Below, piece by piece: positions 9,669 through 21,043 of a stretch of 51,887 nt of DNA. The notes beneath the pieces are model-generated. The model was given only the letters and a program-made list of their open reading frames with translations. It was not told the DNA's origin and made no database searches. Numbering within the stretch: position 1 is the stretch's first letter; each line of letters begins with the position of its first letter. The translations under genes and the position numbers were made by a program. The DNA is from an uncultured bacterium. GTDB taxonomy: Bacteria; CAYJRR01. The DNA lies in the NCBI GenBank assembly GCA_964372275.1, contig CAYJRR010000011.1, positions 1 to 51,887 of the forward strand, in the 5' to 3' direction.

Positions 9669-10726
9669 TGCCGCCGAGATCGGCGGCACCGCGAGTCGAG
9701 GTCGTTTCGAGCGTGCGACGCGCCGTCGTCGCGCGAGGGCTCCTGCCCGACGGCGTCGCGGCCGTGGTCGCCGTCTCGGGCGGCATCGACTCGTGCGTGC
9801 TGCTCGACATCCTTGCGCGGCTCGCGGCGCGCCGTCGCTGGCGGCTGGCGGTCGCGCATCTCGACCACGGACTGCGTGGCGCGGCGGCGAGGGCGGACGC
9901 CGCCTTCGTCCGGCGGCTGGCCGAACGGCACGGGCTTCCGTTCCACGGAGGCCGGGCCGACGTGCGGGGGCGCGCGCGGCGCGATCGGGACGGCCTGTCG
10001 GCGGCGGCGCGCGAGGAGCGATACGCGTTCTTGACCTCGGTGGCCCGGAAGGAGGGGGCGGCCTGCGTGGCGACCGGCCACACCGCGAGCGACCAGGCGG
10101 AGACCGTCCTCCTGCGGCTGCTGCGCGGAACCGGCATCGCCGGTCTTGGCGGGATCCCATGGCGACGGCGGCTCGCGACGGGGATCGAGGTCGTCCGACC
10201 GATGCTTGGGCTGACGCGGGACGACGTGCAGGCGCACGCGGAGAGGTTCGGCCTGGTCTGGCGGAACGACGACTCCAACCGGTCGCCGGCCCGACTCCGG
10301 AACCGCGTTCGTCACGAGCTGATGCCGCGGCTTCGCCAGATCGAGCCCCAGGCGGAGCGGCTGCTGGCCCGGGCGGCGGCACAGGCGGCCGAGGCGGAGC
10401 GCATCGTGCGCCGTGCCGCACGGCGCGCCTGGAAACGCGCGACCGCCGCGGACGCCTGTGCGGGGCGGTCGCCGGACGGCGAGGCGCGGGCCTCGACGGG
10501 GGTCGCCGCGATCCGGCGGCTCTCGCGGCCGGCGCTGCTCGCCATGCCACCCGAGGTCGCGGCCCTGTGCCTGCGGCGAGCCCTGGCCGACGTGCGAGGG
10601 GCCGTCCCTTCGACGGTGCAGGTGGAGGCCGCGCTGGAGCTCCTCCGGCGTGGGCGGGGCGGCGCCCAGGTCGAGCGGGCGGCGGTCTCGATCGTCGGCG
10701 ACACGATTCTCGTCGGACCGGCGTAG
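9668..10726 (+). CDS. tilS: tRNA(Ile)-lysidine synthetase (short form)
   Basis: PP-loop [41 protein letters not shown]; directly upstream of ftsH. Confidence 0.93.
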   Translation: MPPRSAAPRVEVVSSVRRAVVARGLLPDGVAAVVAVSGGIDSCVLLDILARLAARRRWRLAVAHLDHGLRGAAARADAAFVRRLAERHGLPFHGGRADVRGRARRDRDGLSAAAREERYAFLTSVARKEGAACVATGHTASDQAETVLLRLLRGTGIAGLGGIPWRRRLATGIEVVRPMLGLTRDDVQAHAERFGLVWRNDDSNRSPARLRNRVRHELMPRLRQIEPQAERLLARAAAQAAEAERIVRRAARRAWKRATAADACAGRSPDGEARASTGVAAIRRLSRPALLAMPPEVAALCLRRALADVRGAVPSTVQVEAALELLRRGRGGAQVERAAVSIVGDTILVGPA

Positions 10727-10802
10727 TCCGCCTCCGGTTGTTCCTCGTTTATACTTTTGCTATCGGTGCCGGAAGCGCCGCCTTCACCGGCTTGGAGACC
10801 CC

Positions 10803-12716
<1,914 letters not shown>

Positions 12717-12833
12717 GCCGCAGCCGAACGATCGTTCCGTTCGTCGTTCGCGTCGGGCGTCGACCGGTGGATGTGACCGGCCGCTCGCGGCCCGGTCGCT
12801 GAAGTTTCCACCCGCTGCTTCAAAGGCCTCCCG

Positions 12834-12866
12834 ATTCAAGCCGTTACGCCGGGCATCGGGCTTGCT
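12834..12866 (+). promoter_or_regulatory. Sigma54 (-24/-12) promoter with adjacent IHF-like site
   Basis: GGGCATCGGGCTTGCT: GG (12852-12853), 10 nt, GC (12864-12865). ATTCAAGCCGTTA (12834-12846) has one mismatch to WATCAANNNNTTR. Confidence 0.6.
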
Positions 12867-12902
12867 CCGTACACCGATCGTGATGATCGGGGGAGGGACG
12901 AC

Positions 12903-13451
12903 ATGATCGCGCGATCGAGGTCAGACGCTGCATCGGGCCGGCTGTTTCTGCTGTCCGTGGCCGTGTTGGCGCTGCTTGGCGGCCCCGCGGCACGCGCCGA
13001 GCTGTCGATCCCGAACACGCGAAGCCCGTCGGTGACCGAAGACGACGTTCTCTTCGCGGTTCGCGCGATTCAACGGCACGAGAAGCTCGACCGCCGGGCG
13101 TGCACCGCGATCCTCGCATCGGGGGCGTTCGGAACGTTCCTCGTCGGCGCGGGGCTGCTCGGCGCGTGGCCGGTGGTTCCGTTGGCGGCCGTCGGCATGG
13201 GGTCCAACTCGATCCTGGCCGTCTGGACCTCGCGGCAACAGGGAAACGTGGAGAGGGCCGTCGAGGCGTTCGAGACGGTCCGCGGCCGGGGTGTCGCCGA
13301 CGGAGCGTTCGCGGAAGCCCACCGTCGCCTTGGGAGGACGCGCGGCAGCAACGTCCGCCGGTCGGCCGCGACCCACGGCGGGCCGTCTTCTTCTGCCGTG
13401 TCGAACGGCGCTGCCGGTGGATCGGTCGCCGGAGCCGGCGTCCGCCGGTAG
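12903..13451 (+). CDS. Hypothetical exported protein with central hydrophobic segment
   Basis: GGGAGGG RBS; signal peptide ending PAARA; Gly/Ala-rich hydrophobic stretch; Gly/Ser-rich tail ending GAGVRR; fills the ftsH-folP gap. Confidence 0.7.
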   Translation: MIARSRSDAASGRLFLLSVAVLALLGGPAARAELSIPNTRSPSVTEDDVLFAVRAIQRHEKLDRRACTAILASGAFGTFLVGAGLLGAWPVVPLAAVGMGSNSILAVWTSRQQGNVERAVEAFETVRGRGVADGAFAEAHRRLGRTRGSNVRRSAATHGGPSSSAVSNGAAGGSVAGAGVRR

Positions 13452-13505
13452 CCGGTCCCGACCGCCGTTTCCTTCCCCGCCCACGCGCGCTAGTCTGCTC
13501 CGCCG

Positions 13506-14330
13506 ATGCTCCCCCGCTGGAACGCGCTCCCACGTCCGTTGGTCATGGGGGTCCTGAACGTCACCCCCGACAGCTTCTCGGACGGGGGGGCCTTCTCCTC
13601 CCCGGTTGCCGCGATCGAGCGCGCGCGTCAGATGGTCGAGGAAGGGGCCGACCTGATCGACGTCGGGGGGGAGTCGACCCGGCCCGGCTCGGATCCGGTC
13701 TCGGCGGAGGAGGAGTGCCGGCGCGTGCTGCCGGTCGTGGAGGCGCTCGCCGGACGCATCGGCGTGCCGATCTCGATCGACACCTACAAGGCCGAGGTGG
13801 CGGCCGCCGCCGTCGCGATGGGGGCCGAGATCGTCAACGACGTCTCCGGGGGCGGACTCGATCCCGAGATGCTTCCCCTTTTGGCGGAGACAGATAAAAC
13901 CATTATTATCGGACATTTGCGAGGAACTCCTAAAGCGATGCTGGAGGCCTCGCCGTATGCCGACGTCGTCGCGGAGGTGGCCGACGAGCTCGAGGCCGCT
14001 GCGGCCCGCGCCGAGGAGGCGGGGGTCGCCGCGGCCCGGATCCTGGTCGATCCGGGGATCGGGTTCGGAAAGCGCCTCCCACAAAACTTGTCGTTGCTGA
14101 AGCACCTCCCCGAGCTGGTCGCCCGCGGCCGCCCGGTGGTGATCGGGACCAGCCGCAAGCGCTTCCTGGGGGAGCTGCTCGACGGCGCGCCGCCACACGA
14201 CCGACTCGAGGGGACGGCGGCGACCACCGCCCTGGCGGTCGCGGCGGGGGTGGCGGTGGTCCGGGTGCACGACGTGCGGGCGATGGCGCGCGTGGTGCGG
14301 GTCGCGGCGGCGGTCGCCGGCGCATCCTGA
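13506..14330 (+). CDS. folP: Dihydropteroate synthase
   Basis: MGVLNVTPDSFSDGG, DVGGESTRPG, SIDT, DPGIGFGK, GTSRK, RVHDV. Confidence 0.97.
   Translation: MLPRWNALPRPLVMGVLNVTPDSFSDGGAFSSPVAAIERARQMVEEGADLIDVGGESTRPGSDPVSAEEECRRVLPVVEALAGRIGVPISIDTYKAEVAAAAVAMGAEIVNDVSGGGLDPEMLPLLAETDKTIIIGHLRGTPKAMLEASPYADVVAEVADELEAAAARAEEAGVAAARILVDPGIGFGKRLPQNLSLLKHLPELVARGRPVVIGTSRKRFLGELLDGAPPHDRLEGTAATTALAVAAGVAVVRVHDVRAMARVVRVAAAVAGAS
13881..13914 (+). promoter_or_regulatory. Candidate internal sigma70 promoter with overlapping inverted repeat inside folP
   Basis: TTGGCG (13881-13886), 17 nt, TATTAT (13904-13909); inverted repeat GACAGATAA-N8-TTATCGGAC; local A/T-ending codons unlike the rest of the gene. 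Confidence 0.5.
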
Positions 14331-14387
14331 CCGACCTCGTTCGATTTCATCTACGAGGCGGGGCGGTTCCCTCCGATACTAGTACGG

Positions 14388-15170
14388 ATGGCGAACGGCG
14401 ATGCGTGGGCAGCGCTGATCGACGTGGCGATCGTCGCCTTCCTCGTCTACCGCGTGCTGTTGGTCATCAAGGACACCCGCGCGTTCCAGATGCTGGTGGG
14501 CCTCCTGATCGTCACGCTCGCCTACGTGGTGAGCCCGTTCTTCAAGCTGTTCACCCTGCACTGGATCCTCTCCAAGTTCCTCTCCCCGTTCATCCTGGTG
14601 ATCATCATCCTGTTCCAGGACGACATCCGCCGAGGCCTCGCGCGCGTCGGCAAGAGCCCGTTCCTCGGCGGGATCAAGCGAGCGGCCCAGTCGGAGGCGC
14701 TCGAGGAACTGGCGCGTGCGTGCGAGTCGCTGGCCAAGAAGAAGATCGGCGCGCTCCTCGTCGTCGAGCGCGACGTCCGCCTGTCCGAGTACCTGCTGGA
14801 GAGCGGCGTGCCGCTCGACGCGAAGGTCTCGGGCGAGCTGTTGACCAGCATCTTCCTCCCGACGTCGGTGATCCACGACGGCGCGGTGGTCGTCTCCCGG
14901 GACCGCATCGTGGCGGCCGGGGTGATCCTCCCGTTGACGAGGGACCCTTCGATCTCGCGCGCGCTGGGAACGCGTCACCGCGCCGCGATCGGGATCACCG
15001 AGCATACCGACGCCGTGGCGCTGGTGGTCAGTGAGGAGGAGGGGAGCGTCTCGCTGGTCTCCGGCGGGCGGATCTTCCGCGATCTCGAGGGCGCGGCGCT
15101 GCGGGAGGCGCTCGATCGGGCGTTCGGCACCGAGCTCGTGCCGGCGCCGCTCGCAACGGAGGTGGCGTGA
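14388..15170 (+). CDS. cdaA: Diadenylate cyclase CdaA/DacA
   Basis: Three N-terminal TM helices, FQDDIRRGL, GALLV, HDGA and RHRAA motifs; followed by a YbbR protein and glmM. Confidence 0.93.
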   Translation: MANGDAWAALIDVAIVAFLVYRVLLVIKDTRAFQMLVGLLIVTLAYVVSPFFKLFTLHWILSKFLSPFILVIIILFQDDIRRGLARVGKSPFLGGIKRAAQSEALEELARACESLAKKKIGALLVVERDVRLSEYLLESGVPLDAKVSGELLTSIFLPTSVIHDGAVVVSRDRIVAAGVILPLTRDPSISRALGTRHRAAIGITEHTDAVALVVSEEEGSVSLVSGGRIFRDLEGAALREALDRAFGTELVPAPLATEVA

Positions 15171-15880
15171 CGCGGGCCCGCCACGCGCGGCGCGGCCTGT
15201 TCGAGAACCTCCCGTACAAGGTTCTCTCGCTGCTGATCGCGCTCGCGATGTGGTTCACGGTGCGCGACGAACGGATGTCGTCGTCGGTCGCGTTCACGCT
15301 CGAGGTGCAGACCCTTCCGGAAGTAGCGGTGAGCGACGACGAGATCCCCGAGCTTCGGGTCTCGGTCTTCGGAACGCGCGCGGCGCTGACGCGCCTGGGC
15401 CATCAAACGCTCCATCACACGGTGCACGTGCGCCGGAAGGAGCCCGGCTTGGTGATGATCCGGATCGATCCGGCCGACCTCACGCTTCCGCCCGGCGTCG
15501 ACGCCACGTCGGTCACCCCGTCCTCGCTGCAGGTCCGGATCGAGCCGAGGAGCGCGCGACGCGTCCCGGTTCACGTGCGGTTGGTCGAGGAGGAGCCGGG
15601 GACACGCGTGCGGCGGGTGACGGTCGTCCCCGACCGGGTGCGGATCTCCGGCCCCGCGAGCCTGATCGCGGCCACCGAGTCGGTCTGGACCGAAGCGGTC
15701 CCCGTTCCGGCGGCCGGGAGTCCGGCATCGTCCGGCACCTACTCAATCGCCCTGCCGCACCGGCAGTTGCGGGTCGAGGAAGGGGCCTCGGTGAGCGTTA
15801 CGGTGGAGCTCGAAGAGCCGTCCTCCGCCACGCGTACCGAGGTCGCGCCGCCGTCGTCCGACGGCCCGCGGATCCAGTAG
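15167..15880 (+). CDS. cdaR: YbbR/CdaR-like regulator
   Basis: ENLPYKVLSLLIALAMWF anchor, VxVxG/PxxVxIxGP YbbR-type beta motifs; GTGA overlap with cdaA. Confidence 0.85.
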   Translation: MTRARHARRGLFENLPYKVLSLLIALAMWFTVRDERMSSSVAFTLEVQTLPEVAVSDDEIPELRVSVFGTRAALTRLGHQTLHHTVHVRRKEPGLVMIRIDPADLTLPPGVDATSVTPSSLQVRIEPRSARRVPVHVRLVEEEPGTRVRRVTVVPDRVRISGPASLIAATESVWTEAVPVPAAGSPASSGTYSIALPHRQLRVEEGASVSVTVELEEPSSATRTEVAPPSSDGPRIQ

Positions 15881-15898
15881 TTGCGGGATTCCGACTCC

Positions 15899-15927
15899 TT
15901 GACGCGCGCGGGCCCGGCGTCTAGTAC
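15899..15927 (+). promoter_or_regulatory. Candidate sigma70 promoter for glmM
   Basis: TTGACG, 17 nt, TAGTAC, shortly before ATG 15944. Confidence 0.45.
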
Positions 15928-15943
15928 TCCGGCAGCCCTTCCG

Positions 15944-17362
15944 ATGAAGAACGGTACCCCCACCGCCAAGGTCGAAAAGCCGGCGAGCCCCGCGCGCAAA
16001 CTGTTCGGTACCGACGGCGTCCGCGGCGTCGCGAACGTCTATCCGATGACGGCGGAGATGGCCCTGTCGTTGGGCCGCGCCGCCGCCTATCGGTTCGGCT
16101 CCCGGTCGGAGGGGGAGATCGGTCACCGCCCGCGGATCCTGATCGGCAAGGACACGCGCCTGTCGGGCTACATGATCGAGTCGGGTCTCGTGGCCGGGAT
16201 CTGCTCGATGGGGGTCGACAGCCTGATCGTGGGGCCGATGCCGACCCCCGCCATCGCCTACCTCACCAGCTCGATGCGCTGCGACGCGGGGATCGTGATC
16301 TCCGCCTCCCACAACCCGTTCCAGGACAACGGCATCAAGTTCTTCGCGCGCGACGGGTTCAAGCTTCCCGACGAGACCGAGGCGCAGATCGAAGAGCTGA
16401 TCTTCTCCAACCGCATCGATGCGCTGCGGCCCACCGCCGACAAGGTGGGGAAGGCCTATCGCATCGACGACGCCTTGGGGCGCTACATCTCCTATCTCAA
16501 GGAGACGTTCCCCAAGGGGCGAACCCTGGACGGCCTCCGCCTCGTGCTCGATTGCGCGCACGGCGCCGCCTACAAGTGCGCGCCGGCCGTCTTCCAGGAG
16601 CTCGGCGCCAAGGTCTTCACGCTCGGCGTCGCCCCCAACGGCGAGAACATCAACGCGGAGGTCGGCGCGCTCTACCCCCAGGCGTTGCAGCAGGCGGTGG
16701 TCGAGCATGGGGCGCACCTGGGGATCGGGCTCGACGGAGACGCCGACCGCGTCGTCTTCGTCGACGAGCGGGGGCGGCTGGTCGACGGCGATCCGGTGAT
16801 GGCGATCATCGGCGCCGAGTGGATCCGCAAGCGCAAGCTCCGCAAGCGGACGGTGGTCACCACGGTGATGAGCAACCTGGGGCTCGACCTGGCTCTCGCG
16901 AAGAAGGGCGGCCGGGTGGTGCGGACCGCGGTCGGCGACCGCTACGTGGTGGAGGAGATGCGCCGCCACGACTACAACTTCGGCGGCGAGCAGTCGGGGC
17001 ACCTGATCTGCCTCGACCACGCCACCACCGGCGACGGCGTGGTGGCGGCGCTGCAGATCCTGGCGATCCTGGGGGAGAAGGGGCGGCCGCTGTCGGAGCT
17101 CGCGTCGCAGTCGATGGAGAAGCTGCCGCAGCTCCTGGTCAACGTGCGCACCCACGAACGCAAGGAGCTGTCGAAGCTTCCCTCCGTGCAGTTGGCGATC
17201 CTCGCCGGCGAGAAGCAGCTCAAGGGGAAAGGGCGCGTCTTCGTGCGCTGGTCGGGAACGGAGAATCTCTGCCGCGTGCTGGTGGAGGGTCCGAACGAAG
17301 AGCAGGTGCGCAGAATCTCGGAGAACGTCGTGCAGGAGATCCGCCGCGCCATCGGCGCATGA
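15944..17362 (+). CDS. glmM: Phosphoglucosamine mutase
   Basis: [44 protein letters not shown]. Confidence 0.97.
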   Translation: MKNGTPTAKVEKPASPARKLFGTDGVRGVANVYPMTAEMALSLGRAAAYRFGSRSEGEIGHRPRILIGKDTRLSGYMIESGLVAGICSMGVDSLIVGPMPTPAIAYLTSSMRCDAGIVISASHNPFQDNGIKFFARDGFKLPDETEAQIEELIFSNRIDALRPTADKVGKAYRIDDALGRYISYLKETFPKGRTLDGLRLVLDCAHGAAYKCAPAVFQELGAKVFTLGVAPNGENINAEVGALYPQALQQAVVEHGAHLGIGLDGDADRVVFVDERGRLVDGDPVMAIIGAEWIRKRKLRKRTVVTTVMSNLGLDLALAKKGGRVVRTAVGDRYVVEEMRRHDYNFGGEQSGHLICLDHATTGDGVVAALQILAILGEKGRPLSELASQSMEKLPQLLVNVRTHERKELSKLPSVQLAILAGEKQLKGKGRVFVRWSGTENLCRVLVEGPNEEQVRRISENVVQEIRRAIGA

Positions 17363-17426
17363 CCGATCCGAACGGAGCCGGGGGCGGGGCTGACGCGATC
17401 GGCAGGCCGTGGTAAGACGCCGTTCG

Positions 17427-18152
17427 ATGGCGCGCCTGCACGTCAACGTCGATCACGTGGCCACGCTGCGGCAGGCGCGGAAGGTCGGATACCCCGATCC
17501 GGTCGCGGCGGCGGCGGTCGCCGAGCTCGCCGGGGCGGCGGGGATCACGGTCCACCTCCGAGGCGACCGGCGGCACATCCAGGAGCGGGATCTCCGGATC
17601 CTGCGCGAGACGGTGCGCGGTACGCTCAACGTCGAGATGGCGACGACGCCGGAGATGACGCGCATCGCGCTCAACCTGAAGCCGCACGTCGTCACCTTCG
17701 TGCCGGAGCGTCCCGACGAACTGACGACCGAAGGGGGGCTCGAGGTCTCCTACAACCGGGACGCGATCGCCAAGCACGTCGGCCTCTTGAAGGAGGCCGG
17801 GATCCACGTCTCGCTCTTCGTCGACCCCGACCTCGACCAGGTGCGCGCGGCGCACAAGGTCGACGCCGATCAGGTGGAGATCAACACCGCCAAGTACTGC
17901 GAGGCGTTCGAGGCGCACGATCGCGAGCGGCTCGGATCGGAGATGGAGAAGATCGTCAATGCCGCCAAGACCGGATTCAAGCTGGGGATGTCGGTCGCCG
18001 CGGGGCACGGGCTCCACTACCAGAACGTGCAGGCGCTCTCGGAGATCGCCGAGATCGAGGAGTACAACATCGGCCATGCGGTGATCGCGCGCGCCGTCCT
18101 GGTCGGGATCGACCGCGCCGTCCGCGAGATGGTCGAGCTGTTGCGGGTCTAG
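17427..18152 (+). CDS. pdxJ: Pyridoxine 5'-phosphate synthase
   Basis: VNVDHVATLRQAR, HLRGDRRHIQ, TTEGG, AGHGL, NIGH. Confidence 0.97.
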   Translation: MARLHVNVDHVATLRQARKVGYPDPVAAAAVAELAGAAGITVHLRGDRRHIQERDLRILRETVRGTLNVEMATTPEMTRIALNLKPHVVTFVPERPDELTTEGGLEVSYNRDAIAKHVGLLKEAGIHVSLFVDPDLDQVRAAHKVDADQVEINTAKYCEAFEAHDRERLGSEMEKIVNAAKTGFKLGMSVAAGHGLHYQNVQALSEIAEIEEYNIGHAVIARAVLVGIDRAVREMVELLRV

Positions 18153-18155
18153 CCG

Positions 18156-18461
18156 ATGACGGCGATCGTCCTGGATGTCGAGCCGATCCCGGAGGGGCCG
18201 CGGCGCGGGCGGACCGCGGCGGCCTCGCGCGCGGCGCGGGTCGCGGCGCGGCGCGCGGTGTCACGGGTGCTCGCGCTCGGCCCCGGCGATGCGCGGCGGT
18301 CCGGGGTGGCGATCGAGCTGGACACCCTCGGCCGGCCCGCGGTGCGCCTTCGCGGGCGTGCGGCCGCCGCGGCGCGACGGCTCGGGCTCGGGCGGCTCCA
18401 CCTGAGCCTGACGCACGACGGCGTTGCCGCGGTGGCCTTCGTGGTGGCGGAGCGCGGATGA
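18156..18461 (+). CDS. acpS: Degenerate holo-ACP synthase-like protein, probably inactive
   Basis: Syntenic position after pdxJ; keeps GRPxV and HLSLTHD, but RFAAKEA reads RVAARRA and GIGxD reads AIVLD; only 101 aa. Confidence 0.7.
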   Translation: MTAIVLDVEPIPEGPRRGRTAAASRAARVAARRAVSRVLALGPGDARRSGVAIELDTLGRPAVRLRGRAAAAARRLGLGRLHLSLTHDGVAAVAFVVAERG

Positions 18462-19450
18462 GCGGCGGCGGCCGGCTGGCGCCGGTCCTCGCGCTCGCGG
18501 CCCTCCTGCCCGCGCGGGCGGCGGCAGAGCCGGCGCGCGACGTCGAAGGGGAGGTGCGTCTCTCCTACGTCCGTTTCACCGAGGCGTTCGGAGCGGGGGG
18601 CGGGCGGAGGTCGCTCGACGACCTCTTTTCCGACGCGTCCGCCCAGGCCTCGCGCGTCGCGATCGACGCGGCGGTGTTCGAATTCGCAGGCCGGCGCGCC
18701 GTCGGGCCGGTCACGGTCGCCGTTCGCGTGCCGCTGGTGCGCCTGTCGCGGTCGGGACGGTCGACCACCGACGACGGCGCGACCGCCAGCCTTTTCGCCG
18801 AAGGCTTCTCCGCGGGCGACGTGACGGCGGAGGTGCGGTTCGAACGGCCGATCGCCGGGATCGCCGACCGGCTCGGCGGCGCGGTGCTCGCCGTCGTCCC
18901 CACCGGTACCTGGCGCGAGCTCGAAGCGGGGGAGCTGCCGACGGGCAGCGGCGAGGTCGGGTTCGGCGGGGAGATCGGCTACCGGAGCGGGCCGGCGACG
19001 GTCGGGCCTGGCGGCCTGGAGGCGGGCGGCGCCGTCGGGATGACGGTCTCGACGTCCGGCCCGGTCGCGGGGGGCGGGATCGACCGAGGCGATGCGCGCT
19101 GGGCGCGCGGGGACCTTCGCTTCGCCTCGCCGAGGCGGGCGGTCGAAGGAGGGATCGCCTGGCTCGTCCTGGCGCGGGACGCCGACCGCGTCGACGGACG
19201 GCCGGTCGCGGCGCTCGACCGCGGCGGCGAACCGGGACGCTCGCGGCCCGCCGCGCGGCTGACGACCGTCGGGCCGTTCGTCGAGGCGCGGGCGGGAGGT
19301 CGCCGGCGCGAGACGCGCCTGCGGGTGGCGTTGGAGAGCCCCGCCGCGGTCTGGCTGTATGCGCCGGTCGGCACCGGAGTGGCGGTCGACGGTCGCAATC
19401 TGCTCGTCCCCGGGCCCCAGCTCACCGTCTCGGTGCGGGGGGCACTCTAG
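18458..19450 (+). CDS. Hypothetical exported protein, probably an outer-membrane beta-barrel (MetA-pathway/transporter-like)
   Basis: Signal peptide (PARAAAE), amphipathic beta strands, GD, PTG and LPTGSG motifs; ATGA overlap with acpS. Confidence 0.6.
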   Translation: MSGGGRLAPVLALAALLPARAAAEPARDVEGEVRLSYVRFTEAFGAGGGRRSLDDLFSDASAQASRVAIDAAVFEFAGRRAVGPVTVAVRVPLVRLSRSGRSTTDDGATASLFAEGFSAGDVTAEVRFERPIAGIADRLGGAVLAVVPTGTWRELEAGELPTGSGEVGFGGEIGYRSGPATVGPGGLEAGGAVGMTVSTSGPVAGGGIDRGDARWARGDLRFASPRRAVEGGIAWLVLARDADRVDGRPVAALDRGGEPGRSRPAARLTTVGPFVEARAGGRRRETRLRVALESPAAVWLYAPVGTGVAVDGRNLLVPGPQLTVSVRGAL

Positions 19451-19453
19451 ACG

Positions 19454-21034
19454 ATGCTCCTCGTCTCCTCCCAGCAGGCGCGCGAGATCGACGCGCGCTC
19501 GATCGAGCGGTTCGGGGTGCCGGGGATCGCGCTGATGGAGAGCGCGGGGGCGGCCGCGGCGCGTGCGCTGCTCGCGCGCTGGCCACGGGCGGCGCTCGAA
19601 GGGGTCTGCGTCCTCGCCGGTCGCGGAAACAACGGCGGCGACGGCTTCGTCGTGGCGCGCCATCTGGCCGGCCGCGTGCGGGTGCGGGTGCTCCTGGTCG
19701 GGGCGCGGGCCGGCGACCTGAGGGGGGACGCTGCGACGATGGCGCGGGCCTGGATCGCCTCCGGCGGCGCGCTCGACGAGACGCACGCGACCGCCGCGGC
19801 GCGCGCCCGCGTCGGCCGGACGGTCGCGCGCGCGGTCGAGTCGTCGGGAATCGTCGTCGACGGCCTGCTCGGAACCGGCCTCCGGGAGGCGCCGCGCGGC
19901 GAGATCGCCGCCGCGATCGAGGCGCTCGGGCGCGATCCTGGAAGGCGCCGGCGCGTGCTCGCACTCGACGTTCCGTCGGGACTCGACGCATCCACGGGGG
20001 AGGTTCCGGGCGCCTGCGTGCGGGCCGACGTCACCGTCACCTTCGGCGTCGCCAAGACCGGCCTCTTCGTCTATCCGGGGGCGCGGTACGCGGGGCGCGT
20101 CGAGGTCGCGCCGCTTGGCTGGGCCGTCAAGGCGATCGAAGCCGTCGCGCCGCAGGACGAGGTCGCCGACGGCGCCCAACTCGTGGCCGCATGGCCGACG
20201 CTCGATGCGGAGGCGCACAAGGGATCCCGCGGGCGGGTACTGGTCATCGCCGGGTCCGACGCCCGCCCCGGGGCTGCCGCGCTCGCGGCCTACGCCGCCT
20301 TCCGCGCCGGCGCGGGGCTGGTGCACGTGGCCACCACCGAAAAGGCGGCCGCGGCGGTGGTGGCGAACGTCCCGGAGGCGATGCCGGAGCGCTTGCCATC
20401 GCATGCCGGGGAGATCGCGGATGCGTCGTACGACGCGCTGGCGACGATCGCCCGGCGCTGCGATGCGATCGTCTTCGGACCGGGGATCGGGACGTCCGCC
20501 GGGCCGCGCGCGCTCCTCGATCGGCTGCTGTCGGAGACGGGCCCCCCGCTGGTGGTCGATGCCGACGGGCTGACGCTGCTCGCGGTCGGGCGGCGCCGGA
20601 CGGGTGCGGTCCGGCGCCCGCTCGTCTTGACGCCCCACCCCGGCGAGATGGGACGCCTCCTGGGGATCGCGACCGCCGAGGTCCAGGCGCGGCGGCTGTG
20701 GGCCGCGCGCGAGGCGGCGGCGAGGCATCGCGCGGTCACGGTGCTCAAAGGGCCGCGGACGCTCGTCGTCGACCCCGGGGGGCGACTCTCGGTCAACCCG
20801 ACCGGCAATCCGGGTCTCGCCACGGCAGGCAGTGGCGACGTTCTCGCCGGCACGATCGGCTTTCTCCTCGGCCGAGGGCTCGACCCGTTTCTGGCCGCCC
20901 GGGTCGCGGTCTGGGCCCACGGCCGGGCGGCCGACCGGGCGCGATCGGAGCTCGGGCCCGCCGGGTACCTCGCGCGCGAGGTGGCCGACCGGATCCCTCG
21001 CGTGGTCTTGCCTTTCGCGAGACCTCCGAGCTAA
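19454..21034 (+). CDS. nnr: Bifunctional NAD(P)H-hydrate epimerase/dehydratase
   Basis: LMESAG, GRGNNGGDG, DGLLGTG, DVPSG, HKG, GPGIG, DADGL, TPHPGE, AGSGDVLAG. Confidence 0.95.
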   Translation: MLLVSSQQAREIDARSIERFGVPGIALMESAGAAAARALLARWPRAALEGVCVLAGRGNNGGDGFVVARHLAGRVRVRVLLVGARAGDLRGDAATMARAWIASGGALDETHATAAARARVGRTVARAVESSGIVVDGLLGTGLREAPRGEIAAAIEALGRDPGRRRRVLALDVPSGLDASTGEVPGACVRADVTVTFGVAKTGLFVYPGARYAGRVEVAPLGWAVKAIEAVAPQDEVADGAQLVAAWPTLDAEAHKGSRGRVLVIAGSDARPGAAALAAYAAFRAGAGLVHVATTEKAAAAVVANVPEAMPERLPSHAGEIADASYDALATIARRCDAIVFGPGIGTSAGPRALLDRLLSETGPPLVVDADGLTLLAVGRRRTGAVRRPLVLTPHPGEMGRLLGIATAEVQARRLWAAREAAARHRAVTVLKGPRTLVVDPGGRLSVNPTGNPGLATAGSGDVLAGTIGFLLGRGLDPFLAARVAVWAHGRAADRARSELGPAGYLAREVADRIPRVVLPFARPPS

Positions 21035-21043
21035 ACCGTCTTC

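Noticed and set aside
13888-13916. Canonical chromosomal dif site or Fur box
   Set aside because: The XerD arm does not match at 6-bp spacing, and GATAA/TTATC spacing is 8 rather than the 9 of a Fur box; kept only as an unassigned site.
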